DNA from: Octopus sinensis
Lineage: Eukaryota
Length of the DNA: 64,000 bases
Direction: 5' to 3'
Assembly: GCF_006345805.1 (NCBI RefSeq)
Contig: NC_043001.1
Location: 20,336,001 to 20,400,000, forward strand
Below are positions 12,491-25,155 of this stretch, one piece after another (within the stretch, counting starts at the first letter, position 1; every line of letters starts with the position of its first letter). The position numbers and the translations under genes are program-made. The notes below the pieces were generated by a model, which worked only from the letters and a program-made list of their open reading frames with translations, made no database searches and was not told the DNA's origin.

Positions 12491-12699
12491 TGAAAAATAA
12501 AAGGCAAACATTTTAGGAAGCAAAAACGTCTTGCCTGGTGCCATTACAGACTCTGAAAGATTCAGATGATTCTCAGCCTCAGACAGCTGCAGTCATCTTG
12601 TATAATAATCACACTTATTATGTTACCAAAGACTCTGATTTCTTTTAGTACTTTCCAGAGAGCTCCCCCGCCAGATTACTGTTGCAAAGGCCATGGAGA

Positions 12700-13325
12700 G
12701 TTTCATAAAAACGAGGCAATGACCAGTGACCGAGAATTTTGGAAATATGCTGTGCTTGAGAAGACCTAGGTCTTCTCAAGCACAGCATAAGTGAGACCAT
12801 AAACTTGTGGCCTGAGCCAGGGTGTAACCATCCCACTTATGCATACCTTTCCTTCATTGGACACCAAACTCTGCTTGTGAAGACCTGTTGAGGCAAGGGA
12901 AGTCGAAATTGAAATGAAATTCGATGACTGGCATCTGTGCTAGTGGAGTGCTAAGAGCACCATCCGAGCGTGATCGTTGCCAACTGGTGTTCGTGCTGGT
13001 GGCACATAAAAAGCACCATTTGGGCGTGATCGTTACCAGCGTCACCTTACTGGCACTTGTGGCAGTGTGCAGGTGACATGTAAAAAAAAACATGATTTTT
13101 CTGGGGCCATTGCCAGTACCACCTGACTGGCCCTTGTGCCGGTGGCACGTAAAAGCACCCACTACACTCTTGGAGTGGTTGGTTTTAGGAAGGGCATCCA
13201 GCTGTAGAAACTCTGCCAAATCAAGATTGGTGCCTGGTGCAGCCATCTGGTTCGCCAGTCCTCTGTCAAATCGTCCAACCCATGCTAGCATGGAAAGCGA
13301 ACGTTAAACAATGATGATAATGATG
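12700..13325 (+). mobile_element. Long family A copy with RTE ORF2 end
   Basis: Begins with AMTSDREFWKYAVLEKT (RTE C-terminus-like) and continues into the family A core, linking family A to an RTE 3' UTR. Confidence 0.7.
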
Positions 13326-14024
13326 AATCTATAGTTCTTGATTTCTCTTCTGTAATTTTTCTGTCTCTTACCTCGAGAAATATATGGGGTCAACTATCCC
13401 GCTGATTGACTTAATGTCACATTGGGATTCGGGGTAAATTTTGTCAACAAGATCAGCTTGAACCAGGACTTTTACTAGTAACAAAAAGAAGAGAACAATT
13501 GCAGTGTGGAAGGTGTTTATAAGCTATTTAAGAAACACACAAAAACCGTTAGATTCACTTCAACATTTAAATTTAATTTGTCAAAATATTTTCATCGCTT
13601 TGAGACCGCGACCTGTTCACTGACAAAACTTTGTGCTGCATCTTAAATGGCTTATAAACACCTTCCATGCTGCAATTGTTTTTGTTCCAGCACACGATCT
13701 CAGATCAAGTCACTCGCTATGCAAGTACATCTCTGTAAAAAGAAGAGAACCACTGCAATATTTGCCACAAATTACATTACTGCTTTTGGTTCTTACTTTA
13801 AGAAATTTGATAGAAGAATCACTAAAGTTCTGGAGAAAATGCCAGTTGCCGCATACCTGTGAAAAGAGCTTCAGGAGTTTAGAACACAATTTCTTCAAAA
13901 GGTCTCAACAAGAAACTTCCCAGACATCATTTGTTTGATTGCTGTGTGAAGTTAATGTAACTTAAGTTTATTAACAAATAATACCATTCCTGACCTTTGT
14001 GGAAATAAGAAAGAATATCCTCAT

Positions 14025-14440
14025 TACTCTTTTACTTGTTTCAGTCATTTGACTGTGGCCATGCTGGAGCACTGCCTTTAGTCGAAGAAATAGACCCCAG
14101 GACTTATTCTTTGTAAGCCTAGTACTTATTCTATCGGTCTCTTTTGCCAAACTGTTAAGTTACGGGGATGTAAACACACCAGCATCAGTTGTCAAGCAAT
14201 GTTGGTGGGGACAAACACAGACACACAAACACACAAACACACACACACACACACGCACACACACATATATATATGACTGGCTTCTTTCAGTTTCCATCTA
14301 CCAAATTCACTCACAAGGCTTTGGTTGGCCCGAGACTATAGTAGAAGACACATGCCCAAGGTGCCACACAGCAGGACTGAACCCAGAACCATGTGGCTGG
14401 TAAGCAAGCTACTTACCACACACCCACTCCTGCACCTATA
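14025..14440 (-). mobile_element. tRNA-derived SINE family B
   Basis: Reverse complement of the 15837-16252 copy. Confidence 0.85.
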
Positions 14441-15836
14441 GGTAATGAATCAGTATTCAAAACTATCTGAAAGTGTTCCTTCCAGCTTTGTAAGGTCTCA
14501 TTTTCTCTGTCACCAGTTTCATATCATTAATCAACAATTAGAACAGGAGACGAATCATAGGTCTTTGGTCTATAAACTTTTTTGGCTCTCTTACTCTTTT
14601 ACTCTTTTACTTGTTTCAGTCATTTGACTGCGGCCATGCTGGAGCACCACCTTTAATCGAGCAACTTGACCCCGGGACTTATTCTTTTGTAAGCCCAGTA
14701 CTTATTCTATCGGTCTCTTTTGCCGAACCGCTAAGTAACGGGGACATAAACACACCAGCATCGGTTGTCAAGCAATGCTAGGGGGACAAACACAGACACA
14801 CACATGCATATATATACATATATACGACAGGCTTCGTTCATGAGTCCAACACCCTAACCACTAAGCCACGTGCCTCCACATCTTTTTATAAGTTTCATAT
14901 CAAGAGCTGTGACCATGTTGGAGCACTGCCATTAGTTTTGCTATAATTTCATTTCTTGAAACTTCCTCTCATATGTAGTACTTGGTGAATGAGGGTGTTT
15001 GAGGTTACTGACCTCATTTGTGTTTCATCTTAAGAGATAGGTTCGTCTAGAATTGTTGATTAAAATAAGGTAATCGAAGCACATCTAAGAAGCCTCAATT
15101 TTATCTGTGATATTTATATTCAACAGAAATTAAGCTAATCGTCCTTGAAGTTCACATCTCTTATATTCAGTATTGAGTGATTTGGCATTTATATGCCTAC
15201 TTTTGCTTGTATAGTATCATTGTTTGTTCAAAGTTCTGAAATACAACCTTAGCAACAAGAAGTAGTCTAATAACCAATAGATGGCATGGAATAAACAAGT
15301 GACTCCTACATCCTTTCTATCATGTCTTCTGTTGAATTAAATGCCATTTCCTTGGACTAAGAATGTATCCAAGTTATTTTATTATCCCTTTTTTTGTTTT
15401 TGGTTGCTTTCAAAGTGTTTTCGTTACAAAAGGGTCAACTTCATTAGAAAAGGACAGCAGATGCAATCCATTACTATTCTTCTGCCTACACTGTGTCTGC
15501 CAATCACATGTGACCAAGTACTGTAATCACAACCTACTTTGACCTAAAATCACCAATCAATAGGGCCTTGTCAATATAACAGGCTTCTGAGATGACAGAA
15601 CATAATAAACTATTATATAATGTCTCATTTTCTTGCTTGTTGCATGACATAGTTCTTATAAAATAAGCTGAGTTTCCTTCCCTCAAATCTATCTTTAATG
15701 CCATAATGCAGTTACGCAGACCCTGGAAAAGTTTTACTAAAGGTAGTTTTTATTGCAAACCCAACACCAGATAACACAATTTCATTTTCTTCCTTGACTA
15801 TTGAATAAAAGGTATAACTTCCTGCTAAATTTTCTA

Positions 15837-16252
15837 TAGGCATAGGAGTGGCTGTGTGGTAAGTAGCTTGCTTACAAACCACATGGTTCTGGGTTCAGTC
15901 CCACTGCGTGGCACCTTGGGCAAGTGTCTTCTACTATAGCCTCAGGCCGACCAAAGCCTCATGAGTGGATTTGGTAGACGGAAACTGAAAGAAGCCCATC
16001 GTATATATATATATATATGTATGTATGTATGTGTATATGTTTGTGTGTTTGTCTCCCCACCCAACATCGCTTGACAAACGATGCTGGTGTGTTTACATCC
16101 CTGTAACTTAGCAGTTCGGCAAAAGAGACCGATAAAATAAGTACTGGGCTTACAAAGAATAAGTCCTGGGGTTGATTTGCGCGACTAAAGGCGGTGCTCC
16201 AGCATGGCCACAGTGAAATGACTGAAACAAGTAAAAGAGTAAAAGAGTAAAG
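15837..16252 (+). mobile_element. tRNA-derived SINE family B (reference copy)
   Basis: A-box TGGCTGTGTGG, B-box GGTTCAGTCCC, internal microsatellite, (AAAAGAGT)n tail. Other copies at about 24606-25340, 27470-27990, 38868-39220, 39625-39880, 44586-44972, 45305-45700, 52045-52455, 57095-57465, 62117-62540 and 63410-63790. Confidence 0.85.
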
Positions 16253-16304
16253 AGTTGACCAACCCTAAGAAAACAAGTTTCAGTAATACTCTTTACTCTT
16301 TTAC

Positions 16305-16650
16305 TTTTTATAAGTTTCATATCAAGAGCTGTGACCAAGCTGGAGCACTGCCATTAGTTTTGCAATAATTTCTTTTCTTGAAACTTCCTCTCATATGTAG
16401 TACTTGGTGAATGAGGGTGTTTGAGGTTACTGCCTTCATAGGTTCATCTAGAATTGTTGACAGGAGGAGATCCAGTTTTGTTTCGATGACATCTACATTC
16501 ACCCCATCTATGTCTCTCAGGCTTTTGGGGAGGATATTGAAGAGAAGTGGATCCTTGAAAGCCAAGCTGTTGCAGTATCTGGTCCTGTATTTTGATGGCA
16601 ATGTTGGAATCTTTGGCACTATGCAGTGGTGTTTTGTGTAACTTACAGTG
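16305..16650 (-). mobile_element. CR1/L2-group LINE 3' remnant
   Basis: RTRYCNSLAFKDPLLFNILPKSLRDI...KLDLLLSTILDEP resembles a LINE ORF2 C-terminus. Its 3' part is also present at about 14883-15060. Confidence 0.55.
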
Positions 16651-17119
16651 ACATACATACATACATACATATAAATAATGAGGGAGATAAATTGAATATC
16701 AATTTAATTAGTATCAATTTAAAACCAGTAGCCTAGCATACAAAAATCTGAAAAATCAGAGAAAATTCTAATACATGTGTATAGTAGGCGAAACCGCCAA
16801 TCTGCGAATAATTTTTGTTTTTTATATAATTTTCATCTGTCTTGCCCACATATTGTTCTGGTGTCCGCTGAATTTTTCTCTAGAGAACATTCTTGTCTTT
16901 GTAGTTTAATCGTTGGTGATCTACTTCTAGCATACGGCTGACCACTTAGTGGTTTTTAGCCCTTTAAATATACATACATACATATATACATACATACATA
17001 CACATACACACATGCACGCACACACGCATCCACACACACATACATACATACATACATACATACATACATACATACATACATACATACATACATACATACA
17101 TGCATACATACATACATAC

Positions 17120-17455
17120 ATGATATAATGATTTGGGATAGAGAAGAGAAATGGTTTACTGTTGTGGAAATCAGCTGCCCAGCAGATGTTAACATGAAGT
17201 TGAAAATCAGTGAAAAAGAGAATACCTACACTGAAATATTTGAAAAATCTGAAGTTACTCTATCTAGACTACAAGTTCAGGTTTATACCTGTAATTACTG
17301 GGACACTGGGATATATAACACACTGCCTAAATACTGATCTTGAGAAATTAAGCTTCTCAAAATCAGAAAGGAGAAAGCGGATTTGAAGACTATAGATTCA
17401 ATATAACCGGAACTGTAAAAATTTGTAAAACTTTCCAGAAGTTTATCTTTTAAGT
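17120..17455 (+). mobile_element. R4/Dong-like restriction-like endonuclease remnant
   Basis: DIMIWDREEKWFTVVEISCPADVN...KENTY, then after a frameshift YKFRFIPVITGTLGY. Confidence 0.7.
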
Positions 17456-18117
17456 ATATATGGGTGCGTCTAGATATGCAACTATATGCATGAGAAAACA
17501 TATATAAAATAAAACAATCAAATCTGCACCTACATATCACAAGTAGTGATATCATGATAATTAACAATGATACATGTAGGTATATATTTAGGTGCAGATT
17601 TGAATGTTGAATCAGCAACATTCAAAAATACTCTGTTGCTGATGTTGAAATTCCAGTGAAGGAGCCTTGAATCTATGTTAGAAACCAGCTCTTTCTCTAT
17701 AGACAAAAAAAATTTGAAATAAAATTAAATGACATGCATGCATCCATCCACACACACACACACTCACATACATACAGTTACGACGACGAAGGTTCCAGTT
17801 GATCCGATCAATGGAACAGCCTGCTCATGAAGTATTGTCAACATAAATGCAAAGCGAGGCACAAAAAAGAAAAACTGTCTCCATAAAAATAAACAATGTG
17901 AATACGAGACTACAGTTGGACACAAGTAGAGATATCATGATAATTAACAATGATACATGGGGAAAATAGGAAAGCCTAGATTAAAAAAAAAAAAACTTCA
18001 AAAACTATGCAAGGTATTTCAGGGGAACAATTGCGATTTTGGGGCAAAATGGTGACATGACATTTTCTGGAAAATTTTGAAAACGAAGGTTTTTGTATTA
18101 AAAAATATGATAAACTT

Positions 18118-18711
18118 TCCTTGCGAAGACCTGTTGAGGCAAGTGAAATCAATCAAAATCAAAATCAAAATCAAAATCAAATTCGATGACTGGCATCCAT
18201 GCTAGCAGGGTGCAAAGAGCACCATACGGGTGTGATCATTGACAGAGCAGCTCACCAGCTTCCGTGACAGTGGCACTTAAAAGGCACCATTCAAGCATGA
18301 TCATTACCAGCATTGCCTTACTGGCACTTGTGTTCGTGCTAGTAGGGTGCCAAGCGCACCATCCGAGCGTGATCGTTGCCAGAGCAGCCAACTGGCTTCC
18401 GTGCCAGTGACATGTAAAAGGGCACCATTCGAGCGTGACTGTTACCAACATCGCTTCACTGGCACATGTAAAAAGATTTGAGCGAGGTCATTGCCAGTAC
18501 AGCCTGACTGGCCCCCATGCCGGTGGCACGTAAAAAGCACCCACAACACTCTCAGAGTGGTTGGCGTTAGGAAGGGCATCCAACTGTAGAGACTCTGCCA
18601 GATCAAGATTGGAGCCTGGTGCAGCCATCTGGTTCGCCAGCCCTCAGTCAAAATCGTCCAACCCATGCTAGCATGGAAAGCAGACATTAAACGATGATGA
18701 TGATGATGATG
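18118..18711 (+). mobile_element. Family A repeat, long form
   Basis: Family A core and (GAT)n tail directly abutting the Gypsy remnant. Confidence 0.8.
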
Positions 18712-18712
18712 A

Positions 18713-20270
18713 GTAGCATCAGATGCTAATGAAAGTGGTATAGGAGCAGTAATTTCACACAAGTATGAAAATGGTAGCCTAGAACCCGTCGCTCATGCTT
18801 CACGTTCATTGTTGGTGGCTGAAAAAAATCACAGCTAAATTGGGAAGGAGGCATTAGCCATTAATTTTGTGGTGAAAAAATTTCACAAATTCATACACGG
18901 AAGGAAATTCAGTCTGAAGACAGATCCCCACCCATTGTTGTCAATTTACAGATTGAAAAGGGGTATCCCCATACATACAGCCAACCAATTACAGTGCTGG
19001 GGGATGATCCTGTTAAACTATAACTTTAAGATGGAATTTCTACCATTGAAAAAACTGGGACATGCAGATGGGCTATCAAGATTGATACCTAAATACAATG
19101 AACCGTTAGAAAACACAATAATAGCGGCATTGAAAGCTGAAATTGAAATAAAAAATATACTCTGTGACTACCTGTTACAATCAAAACAGAGAAGGATGTG
19201 TTCATAATAGAAATGAAAAAAATAATGAAATCAGAAACAAATACAAAAACTCATGTAGCCAAATGTAACACAGTTTCAAAATGGCATTCGATAGGTGATG
19301 ACATACTTATGTATGCTCAGAGGGTTGTAATATCTGCTTCTTTGCAAAATCGTATGCAAAAAGAATTCCATATGGGACATCCAGGAATCATGAGCATGAA
19401 AGCACTGATGAGGAGCAATGTTTATTGGCCAATTATGGATCAGGCTATTGAAAAATTGGTGAAAGCCTGCAGGGCTTGTGCCCTGGTAGCAAAAGCACCA
19501 CCTACAAAAATTCAGCCTTGGCCCAAGACTGACATGCTTTGGTCTAGGTTACACATAGACTTTGCAGGACCGTTAAATGGAAGGCATTATCTAATAGTTG
19601 CGGATAGTTACATGAAATGGTTAGAAATAAGTAACAATGGAATTTCTGGATGAACTTTTTGCACAATATGGCATCTAAGACGCTAGAGGGTCTGATAACA
19701 GAACACAGTTCACGTCGAAGGAATTGAAAAACTTTTGCAAAATGCATGCAGTGGAGCATATTACTACTCTGCCATACAATCAAATTGACTAATGCTAAGT
19801 TTTGTAGACACGTTTAAGAGAGCACTGAAAAAAATCTCGGAATAAGCTACTAGCTGATACTGCATTGATGCAATTCTTAATTGTCTACCGAATAACAACT
19901 AACCCCAACATGACTTCAGGTATGTCACTGGTTGAACTAATGCTCGCCAGGAAAGACAGGTTTGACAAATTACTACCGGGAAGAAAAGAAAAGATGGAGA
20001 AAAACACAGAAAATAAGATAAAATACTTCAAAATTGGTGACAAGGTGTTTTTTAAAATATACAGAAATGGAAAGGAAAGCTGGGAAGAAGGTATAATAAG
20101 TAAACATTTAGGAAAAATAATGTACATAGTAAAAGGTCATACGTGGGAACACAAAAGACAAACAACTGAAAAAAGGTTTATGGAGGAAAAAATAAGACAC
20201 GAAGAACCAATGGAATTTCTTTATGATATTTTTGATGTCCCAGTACATCGAGGAATAGGTGAACCAACTT
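18713..20270 (+). mobile_element. Degenerate Ty3/Gypsy pol remnant (RNase H, integrase)
   Basis: ASDANESGIGAVISH...AEKN, HADGLSRL, integrase zinc finger (H-H...CRAC) and RLHIDFAGPLNG; several stops and frameshifts; no LTRs seen. Confidence 0.9.
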
Positions 20271-20289
20271 TTATTTCTGTGACTGTTAT

Positions 20290-21560
20290 GCTAAAAACTA
20301 TGGCTTTAAATCCAACAAAATTTACATCTAGTTTTTCAAAAACTAGCGTTGAATTTTGGACACGAAGGTCAAGTTTTCTGGAGGCAGAATAGTGACAGAG
20401 TTATTTTGCAAGCCCTCGTCATCCTACATTTATCTCTACCACTGCTCCGATCATCCACATCATATTAGGTCAAATCTGAAATCCCAATTTTTGAGGATAA
20501 AACGGATTTGTACTGACATAGGGGATTACTGGAAACATGAAAATGCTTTTGTACATCATTATGTCAAACGTGGTTACTGTGAATCACGATTAAAGGAAAT
20601 AGCAAATGAAATAGCTAAGATTAGCAAAGATAGTCAAACCTTCACGCGTAATTTTAGCAAACACGATATAATAGATGACAGAATTCCTTAAGTGATTAAC
20701 TGGCACTGAAATTTCACTGGCATTTCAAAAGTGTTGCATGAAAGTTACCAGCATGTGGCGAAAAAATATCCTCGCTTCAAACAGATATTTCCTCAGCTGC
20801 CTATTGTAGCCTTTAGACGGAATAAGAATATAAGAGAATTATTGAATTCTATATCTGACTCCAAGAAAGCAAACATTGGAGTATCTACATGCTGTACCTT
20901 AAAGAACAGCCGCAAGAGAGGTAAGCCCTGTTCATTGTGCAACAACATGAGTGAAGTGAATTCCATCAGAAATCAAAATAGAAATGTTATGATTTATACA
21001 GAATGTGGAACATGTAAAGATTCCCATTTGGTGTACACTGCAGAATGCATGAAACACAACTTAATTTATGTTGGTTGCACAACGGAACAATTAAACAAAA
21101 GGTTTAATGGGCACAGATTCGACGTTAAGCACAATAACAGTAGTTCAACAGAACTTGCTGAACATTTCATTTCAAGCGGCTGCAATTTTGAAGAAGACTT
21201 GAAAGTGCATATTCTCAGAAAATATTCTGAATCTACTTCAAATTCACTTCTCAGAATGCATGAGGAGAAATATGTTTGCAGGTTATTAACATCACACCCT
21301 GCAGGAATGAATAAAACGACAGGTGAATATCGTCAACTTTATACAAAACTGTTTGATTAAATATTCTTCTTTTTCTTTTTCTTCTTTCCTCTTTTTTTCT
21401 GTCTTTTTCTTTTCGCCTATTATAAAATTGAAACTAAATTCCATCAACGTGTGGATGCTGGTTGCTCTTGTTCGTACTTTAAATTTAAATTTCTATAATT
21501 TTGAATTTTTATCACCTCTTATTTTGAACTTGACTTATTGTTGAAATATCATTCAGCCAA
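20290..21560 (+). mobile_element. Penelope-like element 3' half (RT thumb + GIY-YIG endonuclease), pseudogenised
   Basis: ORFs 20356..20691 and 20731..21360 are in one frame separated by two stops. LVY...YVGCTTEQLNKRFNGHR, ELAEHF and HPAGMN are GIY-YIG motifs. Confidence 0.88.
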
Positions 21561-21599
21561 TGAAATATCTATTACAATCGAATCATGCTCTTCATCATC

Positions 21600-21990
21600 A
21601 AAAATATAAAAAATATGGAACCTCAAGACTAAAACAATATCTGTTGTCATAGGTGCCCGAGAAATGATAGAAAAAGGGGTTGATTGATACCTAGCTCAGA
21701 TACCAGGAAATCAAAAATTGGAAGAAATTTAAAAAACAGTGCTCATGGGAACTGCCCATATCGTATGTAAAATACTGTCTTTGTAATCCCAAATTTTAAA
21801 ACAAACTTATAATTTTCTTATGTTTTCTTAGACATTCACTAGAACAATTCTTTGTGTAAAACCAAATATATGGCATCCTAGTCATAGTACCAATTTGAAC
21901 TTCTAACTTGTCTTTTGAGGTCTCTGGGTGAGACTTGGAGCCAACTTGTTCAAATACAAAGCAAAAATCAAACATATAATAATAATAATA
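21600..21990 (+). mobile_element. R4/Dong-like LINE 3' end
   Basis: WNLKTKTISVVIGA...IPG...VLMGTAHI coding end plus 3' UTR ending in (AAT)n. Confidence 0.7.
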
Positions 21991-22736
21991 ATAATAATAA
22001 TGGTTTCAAATTTTTGCACACAGTCAGCAATTTTAGGAGAGGGAATAAGTCAATCACATTGAACCCAGTGTTCAACTGGTACTTATTTTATCGATCCTGA
22101 AAAGGATGAAAGGCAAAGTCAACCTCGGTGGAATTTGAACTCAAACCGTTAAGATTGATGAAATGCCACTCAATATTTTGTCAGGCACGCCAACATTTGT
22201 GCCAGCTGGTGCCTTTTCATAGTAATAATAATAATAATAACAATAATAATAATAACAATTTGTCTTGGTATAAAAGATGGGCTAAAGCAAATATTCTGCT
22301 CAATACCACAGATTTGCTTGTCAGTTGTTTGACCTTAAACAGTTGAGTATGTCCCTTAGTAGCTGACGATATGTGCATCTCTGATCACGAGCAGAAGTAG
22401 TGGGGGAGCATCATAGCCATTTGTTGAGAGGGATTCTTTGGGGTTTGAATAATTCACCTCTGGAAACATAGATGGTTCTTTCAACATCCTTAAACAACCC
22501 TTATTCAGGGACCTTTTGAGCGGGATGGGCTACTCGACCAGAAGAAAATTCTAACTGGGCCCCACCTGCAAGGTCATGCGCTGTTTACCTTGATATGGGA
22601 TCACCATGCCGCGCACATATGGTTGTGATGCATGTGCCTGGTGTATCCTTATCAGACGGGTAGTCATGATGGGTATACTGGGCTTCGTATATTTTACCCC
22701 AGTGTCACTTTGATGGCATGCACTGCTCTCTCACTC

Positions 22737-22776
<40 letters not shown>

Positions 22777-23066
22777 TTAATAATAATGATAATGGTTTCA
22801 AATTTTCGCACGAAGTCAGCAATTTTAGGAGAGGGAATATGTCAATTACATCAAACCCAGTGTTCAAATGGTACTTATTTTATCGATCCTGAAAAGGATG
22901 AAAGGCAAGGTCAACCTCGGTGGAATTTGAACTCAGACCATTAAGATTGATGAAATGCCACTCAACATTTTGTCAGGCATGCCAACATTTGTGCCAGCTG
23001 GTGCCTTTTCATAGTAATAATAAGAACACTAATAACAATAATAATAACAACAACAACAACAACAAC

Positions 23067-23110
<44 letters not shown>

Positions 23111-23285
23111 TAATAATGAATATTGGACAAGTTTGTGTGTGTGTAAAGCTGTTACCAATCCACTCATCTTTTGCTTAGGAGAAAAGAAATGTCCTTCATT
23201 TTCTTATTCATTGTTTGCAAATATATCTTCATGCTTATTATACAAGAATTATCTGGTATTATTAATAATCAATACATGTCTATAT

Positions 23286-23321
<36 letters not shown>

Positions 23322-23363
23322 ATGATAAATCTCAGAGCGAGTTATAAACAGTAACGGTAACAC

Positions 23364-23591
23364 ATCGTGACATATATTTGCCATTTGAATATGGCTAACC
23401 CCTAAGGGTGGATGCTACTGTAGTTTGTAGCCTCAGGAAGACACCTCCTCCAGCTGGCTATAGACACACTGATAGGGCACAGAAAGTGTGTCTATAGCCA
23501 GCTGGAGGAGGTGTCTTCCTGGGGCTACAAACTACAGTAGCATCCACCCTTAGGGGTTAGCCACATTCAAATGGCAAATATACGTCACGAT
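23364..23591. repeat. Near-perfect inverted repeat (107-bp arms, 14-nt loop)
   Basis: Arms 23364-23470 and 23485-23591 with three mismatches. Confidence 0.9.
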
Positions 23592-24356
23592 ATATATATA
23601 TATCTGATTGGGTGTATGTGTATATATGTATCCGTGTAACCTTCATACTCTATATATTTTGTTGTCTTTATTGAGATTAAAATAGATGTTTGCTAAGTGA
23701 GATTTCCGAATATTTCTTGCATCCTTGTTTACAGTTAACTAATTAATGACTACCTAACAACATCATTTAGTACAACCTCAACAGCATTAGGGATTTACCA
23801 ACAGAAATTAGGCACTAAGGAAGCTTCAACCTGCTAAAAATAGTAGCTAAGTATCCTTCAACATGAACCTTACTTTCTCAAAAACAACAACACACAAAAC
23901 AATGTAGCCCAAGATGTACATCTGAATGATAGGGGATTCACTTAATCATTGAAAGACCCTTGGTAATTATTTTACTTAATCAGGCCTGAACTATGTTGCG
24001 TTATTTATACAACCATCAGTTATTCTAAGTTAATGTAACAGATAAAATAGAGAAAATATTGCGGATCATAGAAATGTAGTGAAACTAAATTATATAACTG
24101 AAATTCTGAGAATTCGGGTAAAACTAAAAGCTTTCTAGTATTTAACATTGCCTTTGGTTTTCAATCTCACTCAAAATCAAACCCCGAGTTGATTTCGAAA
24201 TACATTTTTTTTTTTAAGTGTATGAAATAAACAACCACAAAATACTTGAGATAAAACAATTGGCTGTACTTTACAACAAAGCAAAATTTAGTCATGCAAC
24301 TTAATAAATAGATACAAATGTAATTTCAAAAAATTCATCAATCTGGTTACACTCAC

Positions 24357-24449
24357 CAAATTATTTTCATCTTGTAAGGAATTCAAAGATGTACTCCCTG
24401 AATGGTCCACAAATAATACAGAAATCATTAACCCGAGAACCAAATTCAT
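24357..24449 (-). CDS. Candidate first coding exon of a secreted or membrane protein (MNLVLGLMISVLFVDHSGSTSLNSLQDENNL)
   Basis: aaagccATG context, 31 open codons with a hydrophobic N-terminus, consensus donor TTG|gtgagt (phase 0), non-repetitive-looking DNA. No confidently linked downstream exon. Confidence 0.45.
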
Positions 24450-24809
24450 GGCTTTACTATGTCACACTTACAATTATTCTCATTCAAACTGCGTGGGAAC
24501 ATAATGTAACGATTATTAATTATAAAAATGAGTTGATAAGCGTTCACAGATAAGAGGAAGTGACCTGTGTAGGAGTTATTTTATTTATGGCTGTCATTAA
24601 GAGCACGTGCAGGTGTGGCTATCATTAAGACTAGGTGCAGGTGTGTTTTTGAGGTTAAACGGTTTGCTTCCCAACCACATAGTTCCGGGTTCAGTCCCAC
24701 TGTGTGGCACCTTCAGTCAGAGTCTTCTACTCTTGCCCCGAGCTGACCAAAGCCTTGTGAGTGGATTCGGTAGAGAGAAACTGAAGGAAGCTTGTTGTAT
24801 ATTGTTGCA

Positions 24810-25155
24810 TGTGTGTGTGTGTGTGCACGCATGTGTGCATATTGTGTGTGTTGTGTGTGCATGTGTGCATGCATGAATGAATGTGTGAGTGTGTGTGCAT
24901 GTGTGAGTGCACGTGCGTATGTTGTGTGTGTTGTGTGTGCATATGTGTGTGTGTGTGAATGCGTGTGTGAGTGTGTGTGTGTGTGCATGTGTGTGTGTGC
25001 ATGTGTGCATATGTGTGTGCATGTGTGTGTGTGTGCATGTGTGTGTGTGTGTGCATGTGTGTGCATGTGTGAGCACACATGCACATATTGTGTGTGTTGC
25101 ATGAGTATGTGTGAGTGTGTGTGTGTGCGTGTATAAGTGTGTGCGTGTATAAGTA
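24810..25155. repeat. (TG)n/(TGCA)-rich microsatellite expansion inside a family B SINE
   Basis: Directly visible; explains the His/Thr and Cys/Val ORFs between 24607 and 25333. Confidence 0.9.

Noticed and set aside
13633-13938. Overlapping ORFs and acceptor-like sites
   Set aside because: Every candidate exon either contains stops or fails phase matching, and the region adjoins a PLE-type repeat.
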